Origin: Chitinophaga pinensis
GTDB lineage: Bacteria > Bacteroidota > Bacteroidia > NS11-12g > UBA9320
Assembly (NCBI GenBank): GCA_945907065.1
Contig: CAMDSC010000001.1
Location: forward strand, 97,190 to 161,189
Direction of reading: 5' to 3'
Length of the DNA stretch: 64,000 nucleotides
Positions 8,930-17,277 of this stretch are shown one piece after another. Positions within the stretch are counted from its first letter, which is position 1; each line of letters opens with the position of its first letter. Below the pieces are notes generated by a model that worked only from the letters and a program-made list of their open reading frames with translations, did no database searches and had not been told where the DNA came from. The translations under genes were made by a program, and so were the position numbers.

Positions 8930-9877
8930 TCAACCTTTCCTATACCAATCTATGGTTTTCTTTAAGGCCTCGGTAATGTCTAATTGCTCTTTATAGGCCA
9001 ATAATTTTTTAGCTTTTGTTATATCAGCTAAGCTAAAAAAAATGTCACCTTTTCGGTTCGGGCCATGAGTTGCATCGCTTGTAGCTCCGCTAATTGTTTT
9101 TATCATTTGCCACAAATCGTTTAAACTGGTGGTGTTGCCACAGGCTACATTTACTACTTCGTGTTTTACGAATTCTAAGGGTAGGGTTAAACCGTTGATA
9201 TTGATTTGTACAACATTTTCAACCGGTGTAAAATCACGGGTAATGGTCCCATCACCGTTTATTAAAGGACTTTCATTATTAAGGGCAGCTTTTACAAATA
9301 ATGGAATAACGGCAGCATAAGGTCCTTCAGGGTCTTGTTTGGGGCCAAATACATTAAAATACCGAAATCCGATAAGGGTCATATCGTAGTTTCTGGAATA
9401 GGCTTCGGCATATAACTCATTAGCCATTTTGGTAGCGGCATAAGGTGATAAAACTTTTCCTACCCTGTTTTCTATTTTGGGTGAATCCGTTAAATCCCCG
9501 TAGACTGATGAAGAAGAAGCATAAACAATTCGTTTGATATTATTTTTCCTTGCTGCTTCCAGTATATTTAAAAATCCGTTAACATTCACATCATGCGAAG
9601 TTAAAGGGTCGTTTATACTTCTTGGCACCGAACCCAATGCCGCTTGATGACTAATGGCATCCATTCCTTCACATGCTTTATTGCAATCTTCCGCATTTCG
9701 GATATCTCCTTCCATAAACTGAAATTTAGGGTTGGAGTTAAATTCTGTAAGATTACTCAAATGTCCTGTGGCCAAGTTATCAAGAACCCGAACCAATGAA
9801 ATTCTTTCGTCTTGAAGTAACGCAGCTGTAAGGTTAGAGCCAATAAATCCTGCACCGCCGGTTATTAGTATTTTCAT
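8930..9877 (-). CDS. NAD-dependent nucleotide-sugar epimerase (WbpP/TviC-like UDP-GlcNAc(A) 4-epimerase candidate)
   Basis: 315 aa with MKILITGGAGFIGSNL and an SDR YxxxK motif (SPYAATK). It is paired with a TviB/WbpO-like dehydrogenase upstream. Confidence 0.85.
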   Translation of the reverse strand: MKILITGGAGFIGSNLTAALLQDERISLVRVLDNLATGHLSNLTEFNSNPKFQFMEGDIRNAEDCNKACEGMDAISHQAALGSVPRSINDPLTSHDVNVNGFLNILEAARKNNIKRIVYASSSSVYGDLTDSPKIENRVGKVLSPYAATKMANELYAEAYSRNYDMTLIGFRYFNVFGPKQDPEGPYAAVIPLFVKAALNNESPLINGDGTITRDFTPVENVVQININGLTLPLEFVKHEVVNVACGNTTSLNDLWQMIKTISGATSDATHGPNRKGDIFFSLADITKAKKLLAYKEQLDITEALKKTIDWYRKG

Positions 9878-9881
9878 TTTA

Positions 9882-9957
9882 GGGTTGAGGGTTTTATGGT
9901 TTAGAAGTTTATGGTTTAGAAGTTTATGGTTTAGAAGTTTAGGGTTTAGAGGTGTTT
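9882..9957. repeat. Tandem array of a 15-bp unit GGTTTAGAAGTTTAT (5 units, the outer ones degenerate)
   Basis: Units at 9882, 9898, 9913, 9928 and 9943. The array fills the gap between the epimerase start (9877) and the 4HB gene and runs into its last codons and stop (9939-9941). Confidence 0.9.
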
Positions 9958-10310
9958 AAGCTATTTCTTAAACCGGAAAGTTTTGAGGCAATGCTATCTA
10001 TTAGTTCTCTAATGTTAGCAAGAGTAGCATCGGTAATGTAATTCAAATCTTTAGAAATAATTAGTTGATTTAATAATTCCATCATACTACTGTATGCAAT
10101 TTTATAAAAGTTCGCCTGATCTCGTTTTGTTGTCCTTCCTGAACCTTCTGCAATATTTGAACTAATGGAAATAGAAGCTCGTCTCATTTGATTTGTAAGC
10201 CCAAATACTTCATCAGAAGGAAAAAGTTTTGTTAATTTATAAATCAAGGTTACTAATTTTCTTGAATCTTGCCAAACAGTGAGTTTTTCAAATGAATATT
10301 CTTTTGCCAT
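9939..10310 (-). CDS. Four-helix-bundle protein (TIGR02436 / 23S rRNA intervening-sequence protein family, Avd-like fold)
   Basis: 123 aa. Shows FEKLTVWQDSRKL...QMRRASISISSNIAEGSGRTTKRDQANFYKIAYSSMMEL, the family's signature pattern. Confidence 0.8.
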   Translation of the reverse strand: MAKEYSFEKLTVWQDSRKLVTLIYKLTKLFPSDEVFGLTNQMRRASISISSNIAEGSGRTTKRDQANFYKIAYSSMMELLNQLIISKDLNYITDATLANIRELIDSIASKLSGLRNSLNTSKP

Positions 10311-10325
10311 TGGACCGTTAATTGC

Positions 10326-10462
10326 TTAGGGTTAATGAGTTTAGGGGTTTAGAAGTTTAAGGTTTATCGGTTTTAGAGAGGAGGGAATAAATTAATTTAA
10401 AATTTTGAGTTGAATTATAAACACTAAACCCAATAAACACTAAACCAGATAAACTCTAAACC
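10326..10462. repeat. Inverted pair of arrays of the 15-bp unit, forming a potential long hairpin
   Basis: Direct-orientation units lie at 10326-10380 (for example GGTTTAGAAGTTTAA at 10346-10360). After an AT-rich spacer of about 36 nt come three reverse-complement units ATAAACACTAAACC(C) at 10417, 10432 and 10447. Confidence 0.85.
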
Positions 10463-10465
10463 AAA

Positions 10466-11746
10466 TCAAAGACTCCCGTCAACTAAACTTCTATCCAGTA
10501 ATCCCTTTACATCAAAAATTACATGGTTTGTATTAAGATACTCAAGAATATTTAAATATTTAAACTCATTATGCCCTACTGCCATAATAATAGCATCAAA
10601 TTTACTATGAGCAGGCAATTCTTTGCGGGTGATTAAACCATATTCATGTTTTACTTCTGTCGGCTCTGCCCATGGATCAACAACGGTTAAGTTAACATGG
10701 TAGGTATTTAATTCATTAATGATATCGATAACTTTTGTATTGCGAACATCAGGGCAATTTTCTTTAAAAGTAAATCCTAAAACCAATATTTTAGCATCTT
10801 TTACTTTGATGTCCTTTTTAATCATTAACTTAATAGTTTCATTGGCAACATAGGCTCCCATGCTATCGTTTAATCTTCTTCCGGCCAAAATAATTTCAGG
10901 GTGATACCCAACCTCTTGCGCTTTTTGGGCTAAGTAGTAAGGGTCTACACCTATACAATGTCCACCAACCAAACCCGGTTTAAATTTTAGGAAATTCCAT
11001 TTGGTTCCTGCAGCTTCCAACACGTCATTGGTATTAATTCCCATTAGACTAAAAATTTTTGAAAGTTCATTTACAAACGCGATATTGATATCGCGTTGTG
11101 AATTTTCAATAACCTTGGCGGCTTCAGCTACCTTAATAGATGTGGCTTTGTGAGTTCCAGCAACTATAATAGTGCGGTATAAGTCATCTACTTTTTCTGC
11201 AATTTCGGGGGTTGAACCCGATGTTACTTTTAATATTTTAGTAACAGTATGCTCTTTATCTCCCGGATTAATTCTTTCAGGGGAATATCCTGCGAAGAAA
11301 TCGATGTTAAATTTTAATCCAGAAATTCTTTCTAATACCGGAATGCACTCATCTTCAGTTACCCCTGGATATACAGTTGATTCATATATAACAATATCTC
11401 CTTTTTTTAAAACTTTACCCACTGTTTCACTTGCTTTATACAGGGGAGTTAAGTCAGGGCGATTATTTCTATCAGTTGGTGTGGGAACGGTAACGATGTA
11501 ATAGTTACAATCTTTAATTTCATCCAATCGGGTTGTACATTTAAAACTGCCTATTTCACTTTTATTGGAGAGAACCTCTTTTAAATCTTCATTTTCTATT
11601 TCTAATGTTCTGTCAAACCCACTATTTAATTCATCCACACGTTTTTGATTGATATCAAACCCAACTGTGTGAAATTTTTTCCCAAACTCAATAGCTAAAG
11701 GTAAGCCAACGTAACCTAAGCCTATAATTCCAATTGTTTTGTTCAT
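10466..11746 (-). CDS. Nucleotide-sugar 6-dehydrogenase (TviB/WbpO/CapL-like UDP-GlcNAc/GalNAc dehydrogenase)
   Basis: 426 aa with [14 protein letters not shown] and the catalytic-Cys region [12 protein letters not shown]. Length and motifs match the UDP-glucose/GDP-mannose dehydrogenase family. Confidence 0.9.
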   Translation of the reverse strand: MNKTIGIIGLGYVGLPLAIEFGKKFHTVGFDINQKRVDELNSGFDRTLEIENEDLKEVLSNKSEIGSFKCTTRLDEIKDCNYYIVTVPTPTDRNNRPDLTPLYKASETVGKVLKKGDIVIYESTVYPGVTEDECIPVLERISGLKFNIDFFAGYSPERINPGDKEHTVTKILKVTSGSTPEIAEKVDDLYRTIIVAGTHKATSIKVAEAAKVIENSQRDINIAFVNELSKIFSLMGINTNDVLEAAGTKWNFLKFKPGLVGGHCIGVDPYYLAQKAQEVGYHPEIILAGRRLNDSMGAYVANETIKLMIKKDIKVKDAKILVLGFTFKENCPDVRNTKVIDIINELNTYHVNLTVVDPWAEPTEVKHEYGLITRKELPAHSKFDAIIMAVGHNEFKYLNILEYLNTNHVIFDVKGLLDRSLVDGSL

Positions 11747-12126
11747 TAATTATTTAAAACTATTTTTTGTTCTTGAAAAAGTGATTTTTTAGATTTTGAC
11801 TTTTCATCAGCAGCTTTAATTGTTTTTCCTGATATAAGCATGCTTCCAATATAAGGTAAAAAAAGAGTGCCATTCTCATTTATAGTAATTCCTGTGTTGG
11901 TACTAAATTCATTAACTAATGCCGTATTATTGGAATTGAATTTAAATCCTAATATATCTCCTGCCTGAATTACATGGTCTACAGTATTTTCATGTTTTGC
12001 TAATTCAATATTGGAATATTTGCTGTTAGAGTTGTCTTTCTCTTGGAAATAAATCAATCTTTTGCCACATGAAGAAAATACAATGGCAAATACTATGATG
12101 ACTGATAGTCGAATGGTTTTAGTCAT
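11746..12126 (-). CDS. Short Wza-like polysaccharide export lipoprotein (Poly_export N-domain only, probably truncated)
   Basis: 126 aa with lipobox [16 protein letters not shown]...[21 protein letters not shown] matches the Poly_export motif, but no SLBB domain follows. It overlaps the dehydrogenase start by 1 nt. Confidence 0.55.
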   Translation of the reverse strand: MTKTIRLSVIIVFAIVFSSCGKRLIYFQEKDNSNSKYSNIELAKHENTVDHVIQAGDILGFKFNSNNTALVNEFSTNTGITINENGTLFLPYIGSMLISGKTIKAADEKSKSKKSLFQEQKIVLNN

Positions 12127-12129
12127 TTT

Positions 12130-12630
12130 TTATTTTTTAACGGGCAAAGGTAACACTTTATTTATTGGAACATCAGCCACTAAAGAACAGCCTAGAGATT
12201 CAATTATGATTTTTACTTTATTTTTTCCAATTTTAATAATCTTTCCAATTTGATTCGTCATTGGGCCACTTTGGATTTTAACAGAACTGTTTATTTCAGG
12301 GGTAAATTCCTGAACTTCAATATTTTCATAATTTCCCAAAAAATGCTTTATAATTTCTATTTCTTGGTCTCTTATTACCGCCGGTTGACCAAGCCAATAT
12401 ACAAAGTTTAATACACCTTTTGTTTCTCTCACTTTTGGCTTTTCATCCTCTACAATATGAGCAAAAACATACGACCTGAATAAAGGCTCATCTACCATTT
12501 TTTTTCGGTCGCTCCATTGCTTCATCGTTTTATGAAGCGGTAAGTAGTTTTCTATATTTTGATCAGTTAGCAAGGATGCAACCTTCTTTTCGTTTCGCGA
12601 CAGAACATAAATAGCAAACCATTTTTTCAT
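12130..12630 (-). CDS. UpxY-family (NusG-like) transcription antiterminator
   Basis: 166 aa. The NGN-like N-terminus KKWFAIYVLSRNEKKV...PLFRSYVFAH, the KOW-like C-terminus and its position at the head of a polysaccharide operon match Bacteroides UpxY. Confidence 0.8.
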   Translation of the reverse strand: MKKWFAIYVLSRNEKKVASLLTDQNIENYLPLHKTMKQWSDRKKMVDEPLFRSYVFAHIVEDEKPKVRETKGVLNFVYWLGQPAVIRDQEIEIIKHFLGNYENIEVQEFTPEINSSVKIQSGPMTNQIGKIIKIGKNKVKIIIESLGCSLVADVPINKVLPLPVKK

Positions 12631-12641
12631 TATAAAAGGTA

Positions 12642-12666
12642 AAAGTTTAAAGTAGAAAGTTTAAAG
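12642..12666. repeat. Left arm of a 25-nt inverted repeat (AAAGTTT AAAGTAG AAAGTTT AAAG)
   Basis: Its reverse complement matches 13055-13079 at 24 of 25 positions. It is built from heptad words. Confidence 0.9.
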
Positions 12667-12676
12667 AGATCACTTC

Positions 12677-13036
12677 TCATTTTTTGACAGAAGTTTTTGA
12701 ATAAATACTTCCTAAAATATTCATTAGTTCAAAGGATTCTGACTTAAGTGGTAGCCAATCTGAATTATCATCAGTTATTTCTATAACCAGTCTAATCCAA
12801 TAATTAGATTCACGCATTTCCTTTAATGAGATGCCAACTTTATTAGCAAAGTCTGGTCTCGATACAGCACTTTGTGCCTCTTCATAATTTGCTCCTGAAG
12901 AAGTAGAAGATTTCGTTAATTGGTAATTTATAACATCATATTCTTTACCTTTAGGGAGCTTTCGAATCAACGATATAACATTTACTGCAAACTGAAATAA
13001 CCTTTTTTGTAAATCGTTTTTATCAAAATCTAACAT
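12677..13036 (-). CDS. Four-helix-bundle protein (TIGR02436 / 23S rRNA IVS protein family), divergent second copy
   Basis: 119 aa. Shows YQLTKSSTSSGANYEEAQSAVSRPDFANKVGISLKEMRESNYWIRLV, the family signature (QL.rS.tSigANy.EA...S..DF..K..I..KE..Et.YWl). Confidence 0.8.
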   Translation of the reverse strand: MLDFDKNDLQKRLFQFAVNVISLIRKLPKGKEYDVINYQLTKSSTSSGANYEEAQSAVSRPDFANKVGISLKEMRESNYWIRLVIEITDDNSDWLPLKSESFELMNILGSIYSKTSVKK

Positions 13037-13054
13037 GAAATTATCCTTTTCTTA

Positions 13055-13079
13055 CTTTAAACTTTTTACTTTAAACTTT
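13055..13079. repeat. Right arm of the 25-nt inverted repeat
   Basis: CTTTAAACTTTTTACTTTAAACTTT has one mismatch to the reverse complement of 12642-12666. Confidence 0.9.
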
Positions 13080-13137
13080 ATCCATTTCTTCCAAAGCTTC
13101 GCCACCTCAGTCACAGAGTACTAAGTGCTATTTTTTA

Positions 13138-13161
13138 TGTAAAAAAGCCTTTTTAGGCTTT
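13138..13161 (-). terminator. Weak rho-independent terminator overlapping the regulator stop codon
   Basis: The minus strand reads AAAGCC-TAAAA-GGCTTT followed by TTT. The 6-bp stem is short. Confidence 0.35.
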
Positions 13162-13680
13162 ACTCCAGAGAAGTAAAGAAGGCTCCAATTTATTACTATC
13201 TACAAGTGATTCAACCTCACTTAGTAATTCAATTTTTAGTTTTTTATTAATGGTTTTTTCTACCTTTTGAACCAATTCTTCAAGGTAGTCTTTATCTACA
13301 TTTCCTGAAATTTTAAGCTCGATAGTATCACTGTTTAGCCCACGGGCCAAATTCCCTACCAACCAAACATGGTCAGGTTCACCAAGTTTTGAAACAATGG
13401 AATCAATAATTCTATCAATACCAACATACTTTCTGATAATTGAATTTATTTCAGGGTAAAGTGGATGCTTGGTATTGGCTTTAAAAATTTTTTTGTTGCT
13501 TTCAGAATAGGAATTTAAAAGACCTGATTCTTCAAATTTGTTAAGTTCCAGTCTAATAGAATTGGTGCTTTCTCCAAATTCAGCTTCAAGATTTCTGAGA
13601 TATGCTGTATTGCTGGAGTTCAAAAAGAACTTAAGCAAGAGTTTGATTTTCGTTTTAGAAGATACCAAAGAATCTAGCAT
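13153..13680 (-). CDS. Winged-helix (ArsR-like) DNA-binding protein with an unassigned C-terminal domain
   Basis: 175 aa. The N-terminus KTKIKLLLKFFLNSSNTAYLRNLEAEFGESTNSIRLELNKFEESGLL looks like a wHTH. The C-terminal half is unassigned. Confidence 0.45.
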   Translation of the reverse strand: MLDSLVSSKTKIKLLLKFFLNSSNTAYLRNLEAEFGESTNSIRLELNKFEESGLLNSYSESNKKIFKANTKHPLYPEINSIIRKYVGIDRIIDSIVSKLGEPDHVWLVGNLARGLNSDTIELKISGNVDKDYLEELVQKVEKTINKKLKIELLSEVESLVDSNKLEPSLLLWSKA

Positions 13681-13794
13681 AGTTAAAATTGAGTAGCAAA
13701 ACTACTCATTATCGATTTAAAACCCAAATGTAATAGATTATTTTAAGGTTATTGTTTTGTCAGATTATTACAAAGGTTTAATCAAAACAGAATT

Positions 13795-15435
13795 CTACCT
13801 AACTCCGCCCATCATCTTTTTTAATTGTGGTGAAATAAGTATGAGTATTACACCTGAAATTAATGCTATATAACCAATGCTTTCATAACCACTCGTGTAT
13901 TGCATTAATTTTTGATAATTGGTTGGGTTTTCAATTGAATTATCACCTTTTGCTAAGGTAGCACCGATTAATCCGGCTCCGTATTGTCCATAAGCACTTG
14001 CCAAAAACCATGTTCCCATCATCACTCCATGCAATCGGGTTGGAGATAATTTGGTAACCATAGATAAACCGATAGGAGAGAGGCAAAGTTCACCAAGGGT
14101 TACTATTAAATAAGCAAAAATAAATGTCCATATTGGCGTTATTCCGTTTGGATTAGCAAAAAATTTACTGGAGTAAAATATGAGGAACCCTAGGCCAAGA
14201 AATATAAATCCATATCCAAACTTTACAATCATGTTAGGCTCTTTATTTTTCTTATTTAAATACAACCAAAATAAACCAATAATTGGAGCTAAAAGTACGA
14301 CCCATAAGGCATTGATGGAATTGTTAACTGAAGTCATATTCAATCCATTGCTTTCCACGTTTCCTACGGCAAAAAAGTTTAACGAACCTCCACCTTGTTC
14401 AAAGAACGACCAAAAAACAACTGAGAATAATATTAAAATACCGGCAACTGTTAATTTGCGGCCTTCTTCCTTAGAAGCAGTCCTTATCTGGTATACAATA
14501 TAACCGATGGTGAAAACGGCAGCTAATAAAAATATTAAATCGGTTAAACTCAAAGTAATGGAACCAAGATTAATATCCATTGGATAATATACAAAAAGAA
14601 AGAAAAGGGGTATTAGAAGCAAGGTGGCTGCATGTATCAAGACTCCGCGATTAATACCTGCCACTTTTTTATTTAGTTTTTCGGGATAAGGGACTAAACC
14701 AATTGGGCCCAATGTTTTTTGAGTGAATACAAATAATCCTAAACCAATGAGCATACAAACTCCAGCTAATGCAAAACCTAAAGACCAGCTAATAGATGTG
14801 CCAATATAGGCAATGATTAAACCACTTAATAATGCCCCAATGTTAATACCTGAATAAAATAGTGAAAAACCTGCATCCCTTCTGGGGTCACCTTCCTTAT
14901 ATAAGCTGCCAACCATTGTGGAAATATTGGGTTTGAAAAATCCGTTGCCTACTATAAGGATACTTACTCCGGCATAAAAGGCAAAACTTCCGGGAATAGC
15001 CATTAAAAAAGTTCCTATGGCCATTAATATTCCGCCCCAAAAAATGGAACGGCGAAATCCAAATAATTTATCAGCAAACAAACCGCCAATAAATGCCATG
15101 GCATAAATAAATGCCTGAATGGTTCCGTAGCGTTTATTGCTTATTGCTTCAGCGTCGTCTCTATATTTTTGTTCTGAGGTTCTGATGTAATACTGAGGAT
15201 GTTTTTCATTCAATATTTCAGCATTACTTACTTCAAATTCTTTAACAATTTTGGCCTTTTCGGTGGCATTTACTGAATGATAATCCACCGATAATATTAA
15301 ATGTGAAATATAAAGTCCCAGTAAGGCTCGCATACCATAAAAGGTAAATCGTTCCCACATTTCTATTAAAAATAAATACCAAAGTTGTTTTGGGTATTTG
15401 CCTTTAAAATTTTGAATTTCTTCTACTGTTAGCAT
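13795..15435 (-). CDS. POT/PTR2-family proton-dependent di/tripeptide transporter
   Basis: 546 aa, polytopic. Shows PTR2 signatures EMWERFTFYGMRALL and GGLFADKLFGFRRSI. Confidence 0.9.
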   Translation of the reverse strand: MLTVEEIQNFKGKYPKQLWYLFLIEMWERFTFYGMRALLGLYISHLILSVDYHSVNATEKAKIVKEFEVSNAEILNEKHPQYYIRTSEQKYRDDAEAISNKRYGTIQAFIYAMAFIGGLFADKLFGFRRSIFWGGILMAIGTFLMAIPGSFAFYAGVSILIVGNGFFKPNISTMVGSLYKEGDPRRDAGFSLFYSGINIGALLSGLIIAYIGTSISWSLGFALAGVCMLIGLGLFVFTQKTLGPIGLVPYPEKLNKKVAGINRGVLIHAATLLLIPLFFLFVYYPMDINLGSITLSLTDLIFLLAAVFTIGYIVYQIRTASKEEGRKLTVAGILILFSVVFWSFFEQGGGSLNFFAVGNVESNGLNMTSVNNSINALWVVLLAPIIGLFWLYLNKKNKEPNMIVKFGYGFIFLGLGFLIFYSSKFFANPNGITPIWTFIFAYLIVTLGELCLSPIGLSMVTKLSPTRLHGVMMGTWFLASAYGQYGAGLIGATLAKGDNSIENPTNYQKLMQYTSGYESIGYIALISGVILILISPQLKKMMGGVR

Positions 15436-15457
15436 TTTTTTTATTTAATTTATGTTT

Positions 15458-15490
15458 AAAAAAAATAGCCCCGGCCAAAAACCGAAGCTA
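15458..15490 (-). terminator. Rho-independent terminator
   Basis: The minus-strand RNA reads AGCUUCGG-UUUUUGG-CCGGGGCU (an 8-bp stem with two G-U pairs) followed by eight U. It lies downstream of the 15513-17225 gene. Confidence 0.55.
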
Positions 15491-15512
15491 TATTATTTTT
15501 ATTTTTTAAAAA

Positions 15513-17225
15513 TTATTGAACATTGTTTTCTCTCATTACCCCATTAAGCCATTTTAGCATAAGGAATAAAATTATAGCTGCTGCAGATACCAATGCAAAA
15601 TTTAAATAAAAGAAATTTTCTTTTTGTGGGGTATTTTCCCAAAGGCTTGAGAGCATACCCGATAATTTATTTCCAACAGAAATGGCAAGGAAAAATCCTC
15701 CCATCATTAAGGCCGTAATACGAGGAGGCGAAAGTTTGGATACTAGTGATAAACCCATGGGCGATAAACAAAGTTCGCCAATGGTAATTACACCATATGA
15801 AGCTATAAGCCACATAGAACCTGCTTTCATGCTCAATCCATTAGTGGCCAAAACAGCCCCGACCATTACTAATGCCGACAAGGCAGTAATTACCAAACCG
15901 ATGGCAATTTTGGTTGGGGTACTTGGTTCTTTTTTCCGACGTCTTAAAAAACCGAAAATACCAACAATTAAAGGGGTAAGTACTACTACCCAAAATGGAT
16001 TGATGGATTGGTACAACTCAGTAGAATACAATTTTAAACTTTTACCTTTTTCAGGAATTTGGTCTCCAGGAAGGGTAGAAAAATACTTTCTTGATTTTTC
16101 TAATTGTCCAATTTCATTCGAAAAATCAGCTTTGGCCTTTAATTCTTCTTTGGTAACGCCTGGCATTGCTTTTTCTTCGGCTCTCATAGCGTTTATTGAA
16201 GAATCAAAAGTTGCCTGATTGGATGAAACAATATCATTATTTACCACTACTTGAGCCATTCCTATAGGTTCGGCCAGATTTGAAACACTTTCGGGCATTT
16301 GACGTTCGGTATGATCTTCGGCCCAAACCGTTAAGGCATCGCCATTTTGATGAAAAATGGCAAAGAATAAAATTACACACATAAATACGGCCAATAACGC
16401 TTTTATCGCCCTGCTTTCTTTGGCTTCAGCTTTAAATGCCAAATAAATAAAGAAAGATATTACTGGTAAACAACCAATAATAAAAGCATCGTTTGTATCT
16501 GAACCTAAAAAATTACCGGGAATTAAATAACCTAATATTCCGAATAGAAACATAGGTAATACGGTTAAACCTAAAATCTTACCTGTACCCATATCTCCTT
16601 CCTGAACGGGTCTAATAATATCCACATGACGGATGTGTTTTGAGCCTGAAATAAAAATTATAACACCTATTATCATACCAACACCAGCAGCCGCAAAGGC
16701 ATGTCCCCAGCCATAATTTATGCGCATATAGGCAGCCACAAAGTTGCAAATAAATGCACCGATGTTAATGCCCATATAAAATATATTGTAGCCTGAATCT
16801 TTCTTATCCTTCATATCATCACCACTATAGAGATTACCCACAAGTGTAGAAATATTAGGTTTAAAGAATCCGTTGCCAAGAATTATTAAAAGCAAGGCAA
16901 CATAAAATGTAGAAGTATTATGAACCGAAAGCAAAAAATACCCCGCAGCCATCATTAAACCTCCTGTTATAATTGATTTTCGGTAACCAAATAACCTATC
17001 GGCTAGCAAGCCACCTATAAAAGGAGTTAAATAAACAAGGCCAAGATAAGTGCCATAAATATCTGATTTTTTTAATGGATCAAATCCCATACCGCCATTA
17101 TTCCAGCCATCAAGCATGTAAAGGGAAAAAATTCCAAGCATTAAATAATAGCCAAATCGTTCCCACATCTCAGTTCCAAATAGTACCCATAGTCCTTTTG
17201 GATGTTTACCAGTGTTTTCAGTCAT
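15513..17225 (-). CDS. POT/PTR2-family peptide transporter, paralogue with a long central insert
   Basis: 570 aa. Shows EMWERFGYYLMLGIF and GGLLADRLFGYRKSI. A hydrophilic insert of about 90 aa lies between the TM bundles. Confidence 0.9.
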   Translation of the reverse strand: MTENTGKHPKGLWVLFGTEMWERFGYYLMLGIFSLYMLDGWNNGGMGFDPLKKSDIYGTYLGLVYLTPFIGGLLADRLFGYRKSIITGGLMMAAGYFLLSVHNTSTFYVALLLIILGNGFFKPNISTLVGNLYSGDDMKDKKDSGYNIFYMGINIGAFICNFVAAYMRINYGWGHAFAAAGVGMIIGVIIFISGSKHIRHVDIIRPVQEGDMGTGKILGLTVLPMFLFGILGYLIPGNFLGSDTNDAFIIGCLPVISFFIYLAFKAEAKESRAIKALLAVFMCVILFFAIFHQNGDALTVWAEDHTERQMPESVSNLAEPIGMAQVVVNNDIVSSNQATFDSSINAMRAEEKAMPGVTKEELKAKADFSNEIGQLEKSRKYFSTLPGDQIPEKGKSLKLYSTELYQSINPFWVVVLTPLIVGIFGFLRRRKKEPSTPTKIAIGLVITALSALVMVGAVLATNGLSMKAGSMWLIASYGVITIGELCLSPMGLSLVSKLSPPRITALMMGGFFLAISVGNKLSGMLSSLWENTPQKENFFYLNFALVSAAAIILFLMLKWLNGVMRENNVQ

Positions 17226-17277
17226 ATTTCGTTTTATAAATTTCGTGGCAATTAATAACTTATTTCTGATATAATGA

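Noticed and set aside
9882-10462. Possible CRISPR array, because of the regularly repeated short units
   Set aside because: The units are 15 bp, directly abutting with no spacers, and imperfect. No cas genes are present. These are tandem or inverted repeat arrays, not CRISPR.
8845-13079. Diversity-generating retroelement, because 4HB proteins are Avd homologues
   Set aside because: No reverse transcriptase ORF is present and I saw no template/variable repeat pair anywhere in the window.
15682-16218. 178-aa plus-strand ORF. The same applies to 332-634, 11172-11501, 14180-14503, 18360-18740, 25554-26022, 28283-28832, 37223-37855, 43115-43444 and 48338-48610.
   Set aside because: These are shadow ORFs antisense to, or out of frame within, strongly supported genes. 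They have no recognisable motifs.
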